A DNA stretch of 46,740 bases. Source: Octopus bimaculoides. Taxonomy: Eukaryota. The stretch spans positions 199,135,409 to 199,182,148 of the forward strand of contig NC_068981.1 of the NCBI RefSeq assembly GCF_001194135.2. Reading direction: 5' to 3'. This document shows, one piece after another, positions 12,190 through 22,417 of the stretch (position 1 is its first letter; each line of letters begins with the position of its first letter). The notes under the pieces were generated by a model, which was given only the letters and a program-made list of their open reading frames with translations, did no database searches and was not told the origin of the DNA. The position numbers and the translations under genes are program-made.

Positions 12190-12958
12190 TGTATCCCGTC
12201 CCTTCTGCTGGTTACATTCCCCCCCTCTCTCCCTACCTCTCATCCCTGGAACCATTTCCATCCCTTTCCCTGCACTATTTCCAACAATTACCCCCTTTCT
12301 GTGCTTTCACTCTTCTCTCTCTCTCTCCCTCCCCCCCTCCATTCTCACCTGCTTTCATTTTCAATTTCCTTTCATATCTATCTTCATGCCCCATGATCTA
12401 TCTCTATGTCTTCCTGTCTCCATGGCCTCTACTCCTTGCACGTCATCCCACTGCTTTCTGATCTATTCCCCTTCCTGAGCCACTATAATCTCTTACCTCA
12501 TTTCCCTTCAAACGCACCTCTACCCTTGTTCATCACCCTACTCGTCCCTTACCCCCTCTTTCTTATTCCTTCAGCATTTATTCTAGCACCTCATCACTCT
12601 CTTCCGGTCATCTCCTCCATAGCAAGACACCTGTGCTTGTCCTTCTCCCATACTTTAGCCTATCAACCCCTGGCACATCGTCACCCATCTCTTCCTCCTC
12701 GTCTCACAGACTTCCCTCTTGGTATTTGGAGCTTCTTCTTTGTCCCTGTTCTTTTTCTGTCTTGTCAGTTTATGTAGCAACCTCACTTGCGCCAATGGCA
12801 GGGGGGGGGGGGAATCACCCTGTACACTCTGTAAAGTGGTTGGTATTTGGAAGGGTATCCAGTCATAGAAACCATACCAATGCTGACACTGGAGCTTGAC
12901 ACATTTATGCAGCTCAACCCAAGTCAGCTGGGAAAAAGATGTTGAATGATGATGAAAT
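12190..12958 (+). mobile_element. Pyrimidine-rich element ending in a diverged RTE-type 3' tail
   Basis: About 600 bp of C/T-rich body, then gtggttggtatttggaagggtatccag...gatgttgaatgatgatga. Same architecture as 33750-34480. Confidence 0.55.
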
Positions 12959-13102
12959 AGAGATTTTACTTCAGTCTAGTCAGTCTCTTGCTACTCTGAG
13001 TTTTGCTTGTGAGTTTGCCCAACCCATGCCAGCATGGAAAGCGGATGTTCGATGATGATGATGATGATGATGAGTTCACAAGATTTTCAAACAAGTTCTA
13101 AC

Positions 13103-13148
13103 TTGCCTGAAGATCCTGTGTACCCACTAGCGAAACTTAGAGTAGCAA
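13103..13148 (+). ncRNA. Degenerate type I hammerhead ribozyme motif (Penelope-type)
   Basis: TTGC-CTGAAGA-T-CCTGTG tacc CACTAGC-GAAA-CT tag AG-TA-GCAA: stem I TTGC/GCAA, GUA cleavage triplet. The G10.1:C11.1 pair is lost and stem II is bulged. Confidence 0.6.
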
Positions 13149-13223
13149 AAAACTAACTTGGCAAATAAAGCATATCATTAATCTCTACTATGGTATTCAG
13201 AAGCCTTTTATTTCTGACAGTTA

Positions 13224-13283
<60 letters not shown>

Positions 13284-14289
13284 CATATACATATATACAC
13301 AACGTAGATTGGATTAAAATCCAAGTTGTGTCCTCTTGAAGCACGTCTGCTTATTTCAGTATTTCAAATCTGTTTGTAGATGTTATATTTGTGTGAAATA
13401 TTCATAAGAGTTGAAAACTCTGGGAAATATTTTTTGCAGAGTAACGTGTTTCATTTGCTAACAGGAGATGCAAAACTGTATGTATTAGATAAACATTAGA
13501 AATTCTTCTCAGAGAGTATCAAACACTACATAATATTTGATTCTCAGTCTGAAGAATTTCTAATCGGAGATATCTTGCATGTCTTCTATTATCTGTACAG
13601 TTTTGTAATTCCTACTAGCAAATGAAACATGTGTAATGGTGAATAAATACCAAACAATGCTCCAATCTCCTGTTTTTTACACACACGTATGTATGTATGT
13701 ATGTATGTATGTGTGTGTGTGTATATATATGAGCGAGAGAGAGAGATGAGCAGGGAAACATTTTTGGTTAACGATGAGAGTAGTGTTTAGAATGTAATGT
13801 TGCAGGAAATAGTGAGGATTAGCTGTGAAGTCTACCATGTTTTAGTTAGCATCTCCCTTCATTTTCAGTTGGGTCCATGATACAGATGCAACCAGTAGAT
13901 ACTTACTTTAATGATTTTCTTTGTAAGATAACACAGTTTTCTAAAAGCTCTGTGAATGTAAAATAAAATCATAAACATTGCTAAATAGGTTTGTTCCCCT
14001 GCTCCCCCCCCCACTCAATCACACATACACAATTACCAAATTGTAGAATTGTGAACATTTCTATATTTTAATAGACTATGTTAGATATCTAAGGAAAGCG
14101 ACACAGTTTATGTTAAGTGGTTTTTGAAAATGGAAAAAAAAAAAAAACATTAGAGTGGTGTATGGCTCTCAGAAGTAAGACGCTTTTACTGAAATGAAAG
14201 TTTTATTTCATTTCTGCCATCATAAAATATTAAATGACTGCAAAGTGTTTCCTGCTGCACCACCTGTGTTTAGCAGTGAAGTATTCCTC

Positions 14290-14657
14290 TTGGCTTCACT
14301 TAGTACTTGATATGGTAGGCTCTTATATAACTGGCACTCCATCAGTTGTGTCAACTAATGTTCCAGTTGATCCAACCAACGGAACAGCCAGTTCATGAAA
14401 TTCACATGCAAGTGGCTGAGTACTCCGTAGGCATGTGTGCCCTAAATGTAGTTCTCAGGGAGATTCAGTGTGACACAGAATGTATCAAGGCTGGCCCTTT
14501 GAATTATAGGTACAATTCGTGTTTTCCAACTGAATGAACTAGAGCAACGTGAAAGTAAAGTGTTTTGCTCAAGGACACAAGGCATCAGCAGGAATTGAAC
14601 TCACAACTTTACGATTGTGAGCTGACAACCCTGACCACTTAGCCTCATGCTTTTCAC
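14290..14657 (-). mobile_element. tRNA-derived SINE (family distinct from the other two)
   Basis: Minus-strand head gcatgaggctaagtggtcagg (A-box-like) ... gagttcaattcc (B box), followed by gtgtccttgagcaaaacactt. Confidence 0.75.
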
Positions 14658-15359
14658 TCTCGGTTGACAGCTTCACCAGGTTCCATTGTTTGTTCTGGTC
14701 ATACTTTCTATGACTGGATGCCCTTGTATAATGCATAGCATCTCCATCAACTGACACTATCCATATAATTATTAGATGAATACGTCATCTAAGGGGGCCT
14801 CAAAGAGGCCACAAACAGGAAAGATTACTTCAATAAAATCAGTTAATCCAAAATTTCGAACAAATTAGACAATGTGGATAGGAGATGGCAAGGTCTTTAA
14901 GACCAACTGGTTAATGTAATGAATATGTTTGTATAGTGAAATATCTTCAGAACACGGAATGGTTTTGAGATGGTATCCACCTAAGACGAAGGGTAATCAG
15001 TGTTGTGTGTGTGTAGTGAGAGATTTGCTGTGATTTTCAGCAACACAGCTAGAAACGTATTCAGAGGAGTTTCCTGCTTGATAAATATAAGCTCAGTAGG
15101 AGTTAACTCCCATGTTGTGTTTACATTTTCGATATCAAAAGGGAGTTTTTGTATACTAATAACTTACATAGTTTAACTCAAATGAAATTTCTCATTCTTT
15201 GTATTATGCACGTGCGACAGTATTTCACAGAAAGAAACCAACCCTGAAGCATTTTTAGTCACCCTTTATTGAAATTTATAACAAGTCTCACTATTTCTCC
15301 ACCCACCCTTCTCCCTCTCTCTCTCCCCCACTTCCCAATCACATAATGTAGTTTTAAGA

Positions 15360-15530
15360 CCCTACTGCAGGGCATCTTGGGCAAGTGTCTTCTACTGTAG
15401 CCTCAGGCTCATCAAAGCCTTGTCAGTGAATTTGGCAGACAGTCTGAAAAGCCCATATATATAGCTTTTCCTTTTATGTGTTTCAGTCAGAGACTGAGGC
15501 CATGCTGGTGCACCACCTTTACTGCATCCA
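15360..15530. mobile_element. Degraded SINE pieces (family of 44658-45096)
   Basis: catcttgggcaagtgtcttctactgtagcctcaggc...aaagccttg and gtttcagtcag..ggccatgctgg.gcaccacctt match the intact copy. Confidence 0.6.
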
Positions 15531-15723
15531 GGGATTTTTCCAGTATTGCTTCTGGTTTATGAAACTAGTTCTGTATTAACCACAGTAACTTTAAAATAAA
15601 CTTCATCTCACCCACATTCTACAATCATTTCATATCAAGGAGAATTGCCAATGTTTTATTTAAACATTAATCATTCAACACACATGGAAGATAAGTCTTT
15701 TAACTGCTCTTCTCCCTCTCTCT

Positions 15724-15950
15724 ATCATCATCATCATTGTTTAACGTCAGCTTTCCATGCTGGCATGGGTTGGACGGTTTGACTGAGGATTGGCAATCCA
15801 GAAGGCTGTACCAGGCTCCACTGTGATCTGACAAGGTTTCTACAGCTGGATGCCTTTCCTAATGCCAACCACTCAGAGAGTGTAGTGGGTGCTTTTATGT
15901 GCCACTGGCACAAGGGCCAGTTGGGTGGTACTGGCATCAACCACACTTAT
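15724..15950 (-). mobile_element. RTE LINE 3' end
   Basis: (CAT)n tgtttaacgtcagctttccatgctggcatgggttggacgg... shared tail. Confidence 0.82.
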
Positions 15951-16192
15951 TCTACACACGTATATATCTTTCTGAAGAATTTTCTAATATTGATTTCCTG
16001 ATATTAATAACAATATATTGTATAATATATATAATCGCTCATATTAAATGTATAAATACTTTAATAGTATTAATACTTTGATACAAAAGAGCACTCACTG
16101 TAAATTCAGTATACAATATCCTCATTGAATATATTTAACTAAAGATTTATATATCTATGTGTGTGTATATATATATGTATATATATATTATT

Positions 16193-16223
<31 letters not shown>

Positions 16224-16412
16224 TTATATTATCTTAGTTGGAAAACTTTGATAAGGTAAATATGTTAATAGTTACCAGGGTAGCAAAATTCACAAAGAAG
16301 CTGGGATATTATACCTGGTTGAGAGGTAGAAATTCCATGTTAAAGTGATGTATTTTGAGTTGATATAATAAAGAATAAATGGAGTAAAATGCATATAATA
16401 AATAAATTCCTT

Positions 16413-16504
16413 TAATTCCGACACATGTTTCGAAAATTACATGCCCTCTATTCCAAAGGAATAAAAGATGTTATTATACATGTAATTTTCTCTTCCGGGA
16501 ACCA
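16413..16504 (-). ncRNA. Hammerhead motif, antisense arm, core-mutated (CGGAAGA instead of CTGAAGA)
   Basis: Reverse complement of the left arm gives the same fold as 16627-16718 but with U4->G in the core. Confidence 0.7.
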
Positions 16505-16626
16505 TTCTTTAAATGCAAGACTTGTACCGAATGTCAAAATTACATATTTGGAAGATCACTGTATAGCTAAGTTTAAAAAGACTGTTAGATGAAGAAACAT
16601 TTGGTACAAGTCTTGCATTTAACGAA

Positions 16627-16718
16627 TGGTTCCCTGAAGAGAAAATTACATGTATAATAACATCTTTTATTCTTTTGGAATAGAGTGCATGTAATTTTCG
16701 AAACATGTGTCGGAATTA
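16627..16718 (+). ncRNA. Type I hammerhead ribozyme with intact catalytic core
   Basis: Stem I TGGTTCC(16627-33)/GGAATTA(16712-18, two G:U pairs); core CTGAAGA 16634-40; perfect 12-bp stem II GAAAATTACATG/CATGTAATTTTC; GAAA 16700-03; stem III ACA-tg-TGT; GUC cleavage triplet ending at C16711. Confidence 0.85.
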
Positions 16719-17014
16719 AAGGAACTTATTTATTATATGCGTTTTACTCCATTTATTCTTTATTATTATTATATATATATATATATNNNNNNNNNNNNNN
16801 NNNNNNNNNNNNNNNNNNNNNNNNNNNNNNNNNNNNNNNNNNNNNNNNNNNNNNNNNNNNNNNNNNNNNNNNNNNNNNNNNNNNNNNNNNNNNNNNNNNN
16901 NNNNNNNNNNNNNNNNNNNNNNNNNNNNNNNNNNNNNNNNNNNNNNNNNNNNNNNNNNNNNNNNNNNNNNNNNNNNNNNNNNNNNNNNNNNNNNNNNNNN
17001 NNNNNNNNNNNNNN

Positions 17015-17709
17015 TGTGTAATGTCAGTGTGCATGTACGAAAGAGTGTAAGCACCCTGAGAGAAAAGTTGGACTTAAGAAGCATCAAATGTGGTGTGCAA
17101 GAGAGACGACTGCGCTGGTAAGGGCATGTGTTGCATATGGATGAGGACAGCTGTGTGAAGAAGTGTCACATCCTAGCAGTAGAGGGAAGCTGTGGAACAG
17201 GTAGACCCAGGATGGGCTGGTGAAGCACAACCTTCGAACTTTGGACCTCACAGAGGCAATGACAAGTGACCGAGACCTTTGGAGATATGCCATGCTTGAG
17301 AAGACGTGGCAAGCCAAGTGAGACCATAACCGTGGCCTATGCCAGTGTAGCATAACTGGCCCATTTAGTGATTGGCAATATACTATGCTTGAGAATACCT
17401 GGTGAGTCAAGTAAAATCATTGTTGTGGCCGATGCCAGTGCCAACTAACTGATCCCGTGCTGGTGGCACGTAAAAAGTACCATTTGAGCATTGTTGTTGC
17501 CAGAACCGCCTGACTGGCGCTCATGCTGATGACACATAAAAGTACCCACTACACTCTCAGAGTGGTTGGCATTAGTAAGGGCATCCAGCTGTAGAAACAT
17601 TGCCAGATCAGATTGGAGTCTGGTGCAGCCTCCTGGCTTCTTAAACCCCAGTCAAACCGTCCAACCCATGCCAGCATGGAAAGTGGACGTTAAACGACGA
17701 TGATGATGA
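17015..17709 (+). mobile_element. RTE LINE 3' fragment
   Basis: CNVSVHVRKSVSTLREKLDLRSIKCGVQERRLRW*GHVLHMDEDSCVKKC... followed by the 3' UTR and ttaaacgacgatgatgatga. Confidence 0.88.
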
Positions 17710-17946
17710 CGGTACATTTGTATGCACTTATGTATACATTTATATACATATATATACATACATATATACATACGTATGTTAAATTCAAATTACGACAAAT
17801 GTAAACAAACAAACGAAGTTTGCTTTTAGAAGCGTTGAGATGTCTTAGAAAGTTAAAGAAGTGATTTTAAATTCTCAATCGCAGAAGTCCACAGCTAGCC
17901 ACCTACACTTTTCTCTGAAAAATAGGGGTAGTTTATCCTGTTCAGG

Positions 17947-17988
<42 letters not shown>

Positions 17989-19047
17989 CTCACACACACA
18001 CACACATATACATGCACACACGCATGTGTACATATGTGTTTGTGTTTGTTTTCCTTGAGTTTACTGGTTTGTAAGCCAATGACATTCCTTTGCAGTCCTC
18101 CATTAAAGGATATCCAAGCTTTCTGACATGTTGTAACATGTTGCACAATCTGTTAACAAAAGGCTGCTTAAACAGTGCTTTTCGTACCCAATTCACACCT
18201 AAAGCATGTCTGCGCTGTTCAGAAGAATTGGAGCTTATTATGTTTGTTGGTTCACTACCATTCCCTCTGTTGTTCAAACTCATTCTGTTAGTATTGTCTC
18301 ACTCTGATTGTTTTTAGTTTTTAAACATCTCTAGACGTAGTTTTCACTACTAAATGGTTAGATAATGTCAATTCATTGGAGATTTTTCAGTTTACTCCAC
18401 ATGCGAGAGCCTACAATATTTCAAAGAACTTGTGCTTTGGTGTACTTTTTTTTTCACTTGAGGTGGATTCCATCTCAAAACCATTCTGTAGAACTTAAAA
18501 GAAATGTCTTTAAAATTGTCATAGTACAATGTCTTTAAATAATCTCATTGCCAACTGTGAAAGAGCAAATAATGTGATACCATTTGGAATCTGTTTTCAG
18601 TTTGGCAATCAAATTATCAAAATTCTGTAGAATAACTGAAAGAGAAGCGAAGACATATTAGCTTACCATTTTAGCCAATTGTTTTTGTTTTTTTTTTTTG
18701 CTTCTTTCTGTTTTGCTCATAAATGTCATCATACTAAACTGATCTTTTGTGTTTTTATTTCTGATATGTTTAACACACAAAGTAGTTGTTGCATATTTTA
18801 TGTTTTGTACTTTATCATTTGTAAATACAGATTTCTTGCTGACACAGAATAATCATATTTGATCATCAACAAAGTGATTAACGTGCACCAGCTGTAGCTG
18901 CTTTTAATTAGATTATCAGACAACCTCTAACTTAGATTTCACTCACACAACTCGCAGTTAGATTCACATCAGTAAGATAATATGGAAGCTTCAACCGTTG
19001 GACTGTGGCAACACTGGGGCATCAACATGAATTATTATTATTATAAC

Positions 19048-19270
19048 TTTGGCAGTGAGCTGACAGAACCATCTGCATGCTTGACAAAATGCTTAGCAGT
19101 ATTTCGTCTATTTCTACATTCTGAGTTCAAATTCTGCCAAGGTCGACTTTGCCTTTCATCCTTTTGGGGTCGATAAATTAAGTACCAGTTGAATGCTGGG
19201 GTCAATGTAATCGACCCAGCCCCTCCCCCAAAATAGCTGCCCTTGTTGCAAAATTTGAAACCATTATTAT
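19048..19270 (+). mobile_element. Near full-length SINE inserted in (TTA)n
   Basis: ggcagtgagctgacagaacc head, gagttcaaattc B-box-like motif, central gcctttcatccttttggggtcgataaattaagtacca, (ATT)n tail; (TTA)n also immediately upstream. Confidence 0.8.
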
Positions 19271-19548
19271 TATAATAACAAAGGTAATAAACCACTGAGG
19301 AGAGATCTCACAGAACCAACAATTGAATTTATCTCCAATTACAAGCTTCCATCTTGAAACAAAATGCAACGTTTTGAATAATACATTGTCCGAAAAACAT
19401 TAGGGGAGGTTATGGTTGAAATGCCTTTGATCATGTGTTCAGTCAGGCTTGACCTGGGCCAAAACTATGATATAGCATCTGAATCCATTGCAAATAATGA
19501 TTTCTGTTGTATATTTATCCCCTTTTCTAAAATTTTATTTCTGCGCAG

Positions 19549-19752
19549 GTAAAGAAAGATCTTGAAGTTCGTGCCCAAAGAAGAACAAACATGCTCTCGT
19601 GGCTCGGACTAGGCATGATGGGATTGCAATTTGGAATTCTTGCTCGGCTCACTTGGTGGGAATATTCTTGGGATATCATGGAACCTGTAACTTATTTTGT
19701 TACCTATGGAACCACAATGGCCATGTATGCTTATTTTGTTGTTACTAAACAG
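19549..19752 (+). CDS. MCU: Mitochondrial calcium uniporter, TM1-pore-TM2 exon
   Basis: ttttatttctgcgcag acceptor and CAG|gtaaaa donor; 204 nt, phase 0/0. Translates [68 protein letters not shown], containing the diagnostic [24 protein letters not shown] selectivity-filter motif. Confidence 0.99.
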
Positions 19753-20302
19753 GTAAAAATTATTCATACATTTTAAACAAGAGCTATTTTCTGAGAATAT
19801 TCACCCCCATCCCCCAAAACATCCTGTACTATTTATATCTATGTCTATTTTGTGGACCAATGAGAAGATCATTAATAGAATTTCTGAAGCTCTCTCTAGA
19901 TGCTTACATGCTTATAAATAGACTTTGCACAATGCAGTAGGAATGAATTTGAGTAACTGTTAACCAAATTAATAATTATAATTTACCTTAAGGTATGGAT
20001 GAATGAAATTTAACTCTAGCCTCCCCATTCTTATAAACACTAAGTAGCTATTTAATTCACTTTGTGGATGTTTTTACGAGTGAATGTACATGCACCATAC
20101 AACCTAAGCGAGGGCATCCATATCTGTTAAGTTATATTTAATACTTTTTTTGCTGTATTGTATATTCGTCACTTCTTGCATCTGTTATTTATTATTGATC
20201 TTCTATAAAAATGAAGCTGCATCCATTAATTTGCTGCTTTTCTATACACAAATCGCGAAGGTATCTTGTAGAACAGTCATTATTTTAATGAGATACATCT
20301 TA

Positions 20303-20356
20303 TTATCACCTGAAGAGACACATCTATGTTGATGGATACCCCTAAAACAGTTGTTA
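20303..20356 (+). ncRNA. Heavily degenerate hammerhead-like motif
   Basis: cacCTGAAGAgacaCATCtatgttGATGgataccccTAAAACagttgtt: the core 5' half is intact, GAAAC is altered and stems are incomplete. Confidence 0.3.
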
Positions 20357-20444
20357 AATATCCCATCCGTGCGGGATTGATGCTAGATGGGTTGAAACAA
20401 TTGTAGTGATTAATAAACATTTTCATATCTTCCANNNNNNNNNN

Positions 20445-20507
<63 letters not shown>

Positions 20508-21575
20508 TGAACTCACACAATGATATAAATATCTGTGAGGGCCTTATGTGTTAGTATATATCAACTCTTACTCAGATAAGAGTTCATATACACTAACAGC
20601 AGAGTTCCTACAAAGAACACAAAGTTGTCGTATTTGGTAAAGAAAGTCAGCCATATTTGTTTCATTAACAACAGCCACATTGTATGAAATATTTTCATAT
20701 AATCATTGAAACATTGCTGGTAGGCTGATGCTGCTGCCAAAATACACTTCTGTAAACTTCATCCAACATTCACTGTCAAATTTCTCAATCAAATCGTTCT
20801 AATTATATTTAAAATTGAATTTTTTCATTAAAAATCTAATTTTTGTTTATCCATGTCCTTCTCCCCATACAGCTGTGATAATATTATTATATTATTATTA
20901 CTATTATTAATCAGGTCGCAGCCGTGAATCGAACTTGGAATCTTGGGGTTAGTAGCCTGCGCTCTTAACCACTACGCCATATGCCCGTGGGCAATTATGG
21001 AGTGAATTTTAGGGCTTATAAATCTATTATTTTTCTATCCTTCCTCAATACCGGTTCCCATATGCTATTCTTATCTGCACTCGGTCTGCTTAGGAGGTTG
21101 TTGTGTCCTAGCATATGTGCTGTTGCTTTTAGTTTTCGTATTTTCCAGTGCTGTTCCCTGTCTATTATTTTAACTTCATCCCACAGGGGGAGGTGGTCTC
21201 CATTTTGCCATACATGATCAGCTATACCCGATTTATCAATATCTCCTCGTGTCNNNNNNNNNNNNNNNNNNNNNNNNNNNNNNNNNNNNNNNNNNNNNNN
21301 NNNNNNNNNNNNNNNNNNNNNNNNNNNNNNNNNNNNNNNNNNNNNNNNNNNNNNNNNNNNNNNNNNNNNNNNNNNNNNNNNNNNNNNNNNNNNNNNNNNN
21401 NNNGGAGATATTTGTGAAGTGTTGTATTGCTCTTGAATACTGCCCTAATGTCATATGGGCCGCATATCTTTTGTATCTTTTCGGAGAGGCCTTTCACATA
21501 GGGTAGACAGACTGTAGACAGTTTATTGGTTTCATCCTCTCTTTTCTTCATAATTGGAGTGGATAGTATGTTCTT

Positions 21576-22170
21576 CGAAAAAATGATCAAGCTCAGTAAC
21601 AATCTATTAAGAAACAACTACCCCAAGAACATACTATCCACTCCAATTATGAAGAAAAGAGAGGATGAAACCAATAAACTGTCTACAGTCTGTCTACCCT
21701 ATGTGAAAGGCCTCTCCGAAAAGATACAAAAGATATGCGGCCCATATGACATTAGGGCAGTATTCAAGAGCAATACAACACTTCACAAATATCTCCTTCG
21801 GGTAAAAGCACCAACAGAAGAGAATTTGACCAAAAACTGCGTGTACTCCATCCCATGCAGCTGTGGCAGGTTATACAAAGGCGAAACATCCCGCCCCCTC
21901 AAAATAAGGGTAGAAGAACATCGCAAAGCTGTGACACGAGGAGATATTGATAAATCGGGTATAGCTGATCATGTATGGCAAAATGGAGACCACCTCCCCC
22001 TGTGGGATGAAGTTAAAATAATAGACAGGGAACAACACTGGAAAATACGAAAACTAAAAGAAGCAGCACATATGCTAGGACACAACAACCTCCTAAGCAG
22101 ACCGAGTGCAGATATGAATAGCATATGGGAACCGGTATTGAGGAAGGATAGAAAAATAATAGATTTATAA
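21576..22170 (+). CDS. Penelope-like retroelement ORF, C-terminal part (RT thumb end + GIY-YIG endonuclease), 5'-truncated
   Basis: Uninterrupted frame: LLRNNYP...VCLPYVKGLSEKIQKI...VFKSNTTL..YL...KNCVYSIPCSCGRLYKGETSRPLKIRVEEHRKAV...SGIADHVWQNGDH..LWDEVKIIDREQHWKIRKLKEAAHM...MNSIWEPVL. The apparent start at 21526 lies inside the inverted arm and is not genuine. Confidence 0.9.
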
Positions 22171-22199
22171 GCCCTAAAATTCACTCCATAATTGCCCAC

Positions 22200-22272
22200 G
22201 GGCATATGGTGTAGTGGTTAAGAACGAGGGCTACTAACCCCAAGATTCCGAGTTCGATTCACGGCAGCGACC
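22200..22272 (+). promoter_or_regulatory. tRNA-like module (Pol III A and B boxes) inside the Penelope-like 3' region; inverted copy at 20914-20986
   Basis: gggcata-TGGTGTAGTGG(A box)-ttaagaacgagggctactaaccccaagattcc-GAGTTCGATTC(B box). The aagattcc.rgttcga segment resembles tRNA-Arg. The acceptor stem does not pair. Confidence 0.7.
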
Positions 22273-22371
22273 TGATTAATAATAGTAATAATAATATAAT
22301 AGTAATAATAGTAATAATAATATAATAGTAATAATAATATAATAATAATAGTAACATCGAAATTTCCCCAA

Positions 22372-22417
22372 GACACCTGACGAAGGCTGGAGGGTATATC
22401 AACCGAAACGTTGTGTT
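22372..22417 (+). ncRNA. Minimal type I hammerhead ribozyme of Penelope pseudo-LTR type
   Basis: GACAC-CTGACGA-A-GGCTG gagggtatat CAACC-GAAA-CG-TT-GTGTT: stem I GACAC/GTGTT, palindromic ACGT stem III, GUU cleavage site, one C:A mismatch in stem II. Confidence 0.8.

Larger units (their letters stand above)
16365..16766. repeat. Inverted repeat (foldback): arms 16365-16534 and 16597-16766, 62-bp spacer; probable Penelope-like remnant
   Basis: The 170-bp arms differ at 7 positions by eye. Each arm carries a hammerhead motif. The spacer frame KITYLEDHCIAKFKKTVR* loosely resembles the end of a GIY-YIG domain. Confidence 0.92.

Noticed and set aside
21526-21575. Genuine start of the GIY-YIG ORF
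   Set aside because: These codons lie in the inverted arm (antisense of 21625-21674). The element is 5'-truncated at 21576.
20914-22272. Functional tRNA genes at 22200-22272 (+) and 20914-20986 (-)
   Set aside because: The acceptor stem does not pair and the anticodon stem is only about 3 bp with an atypical ACT anticodon. Both copies lie inside a Penelope-like element.
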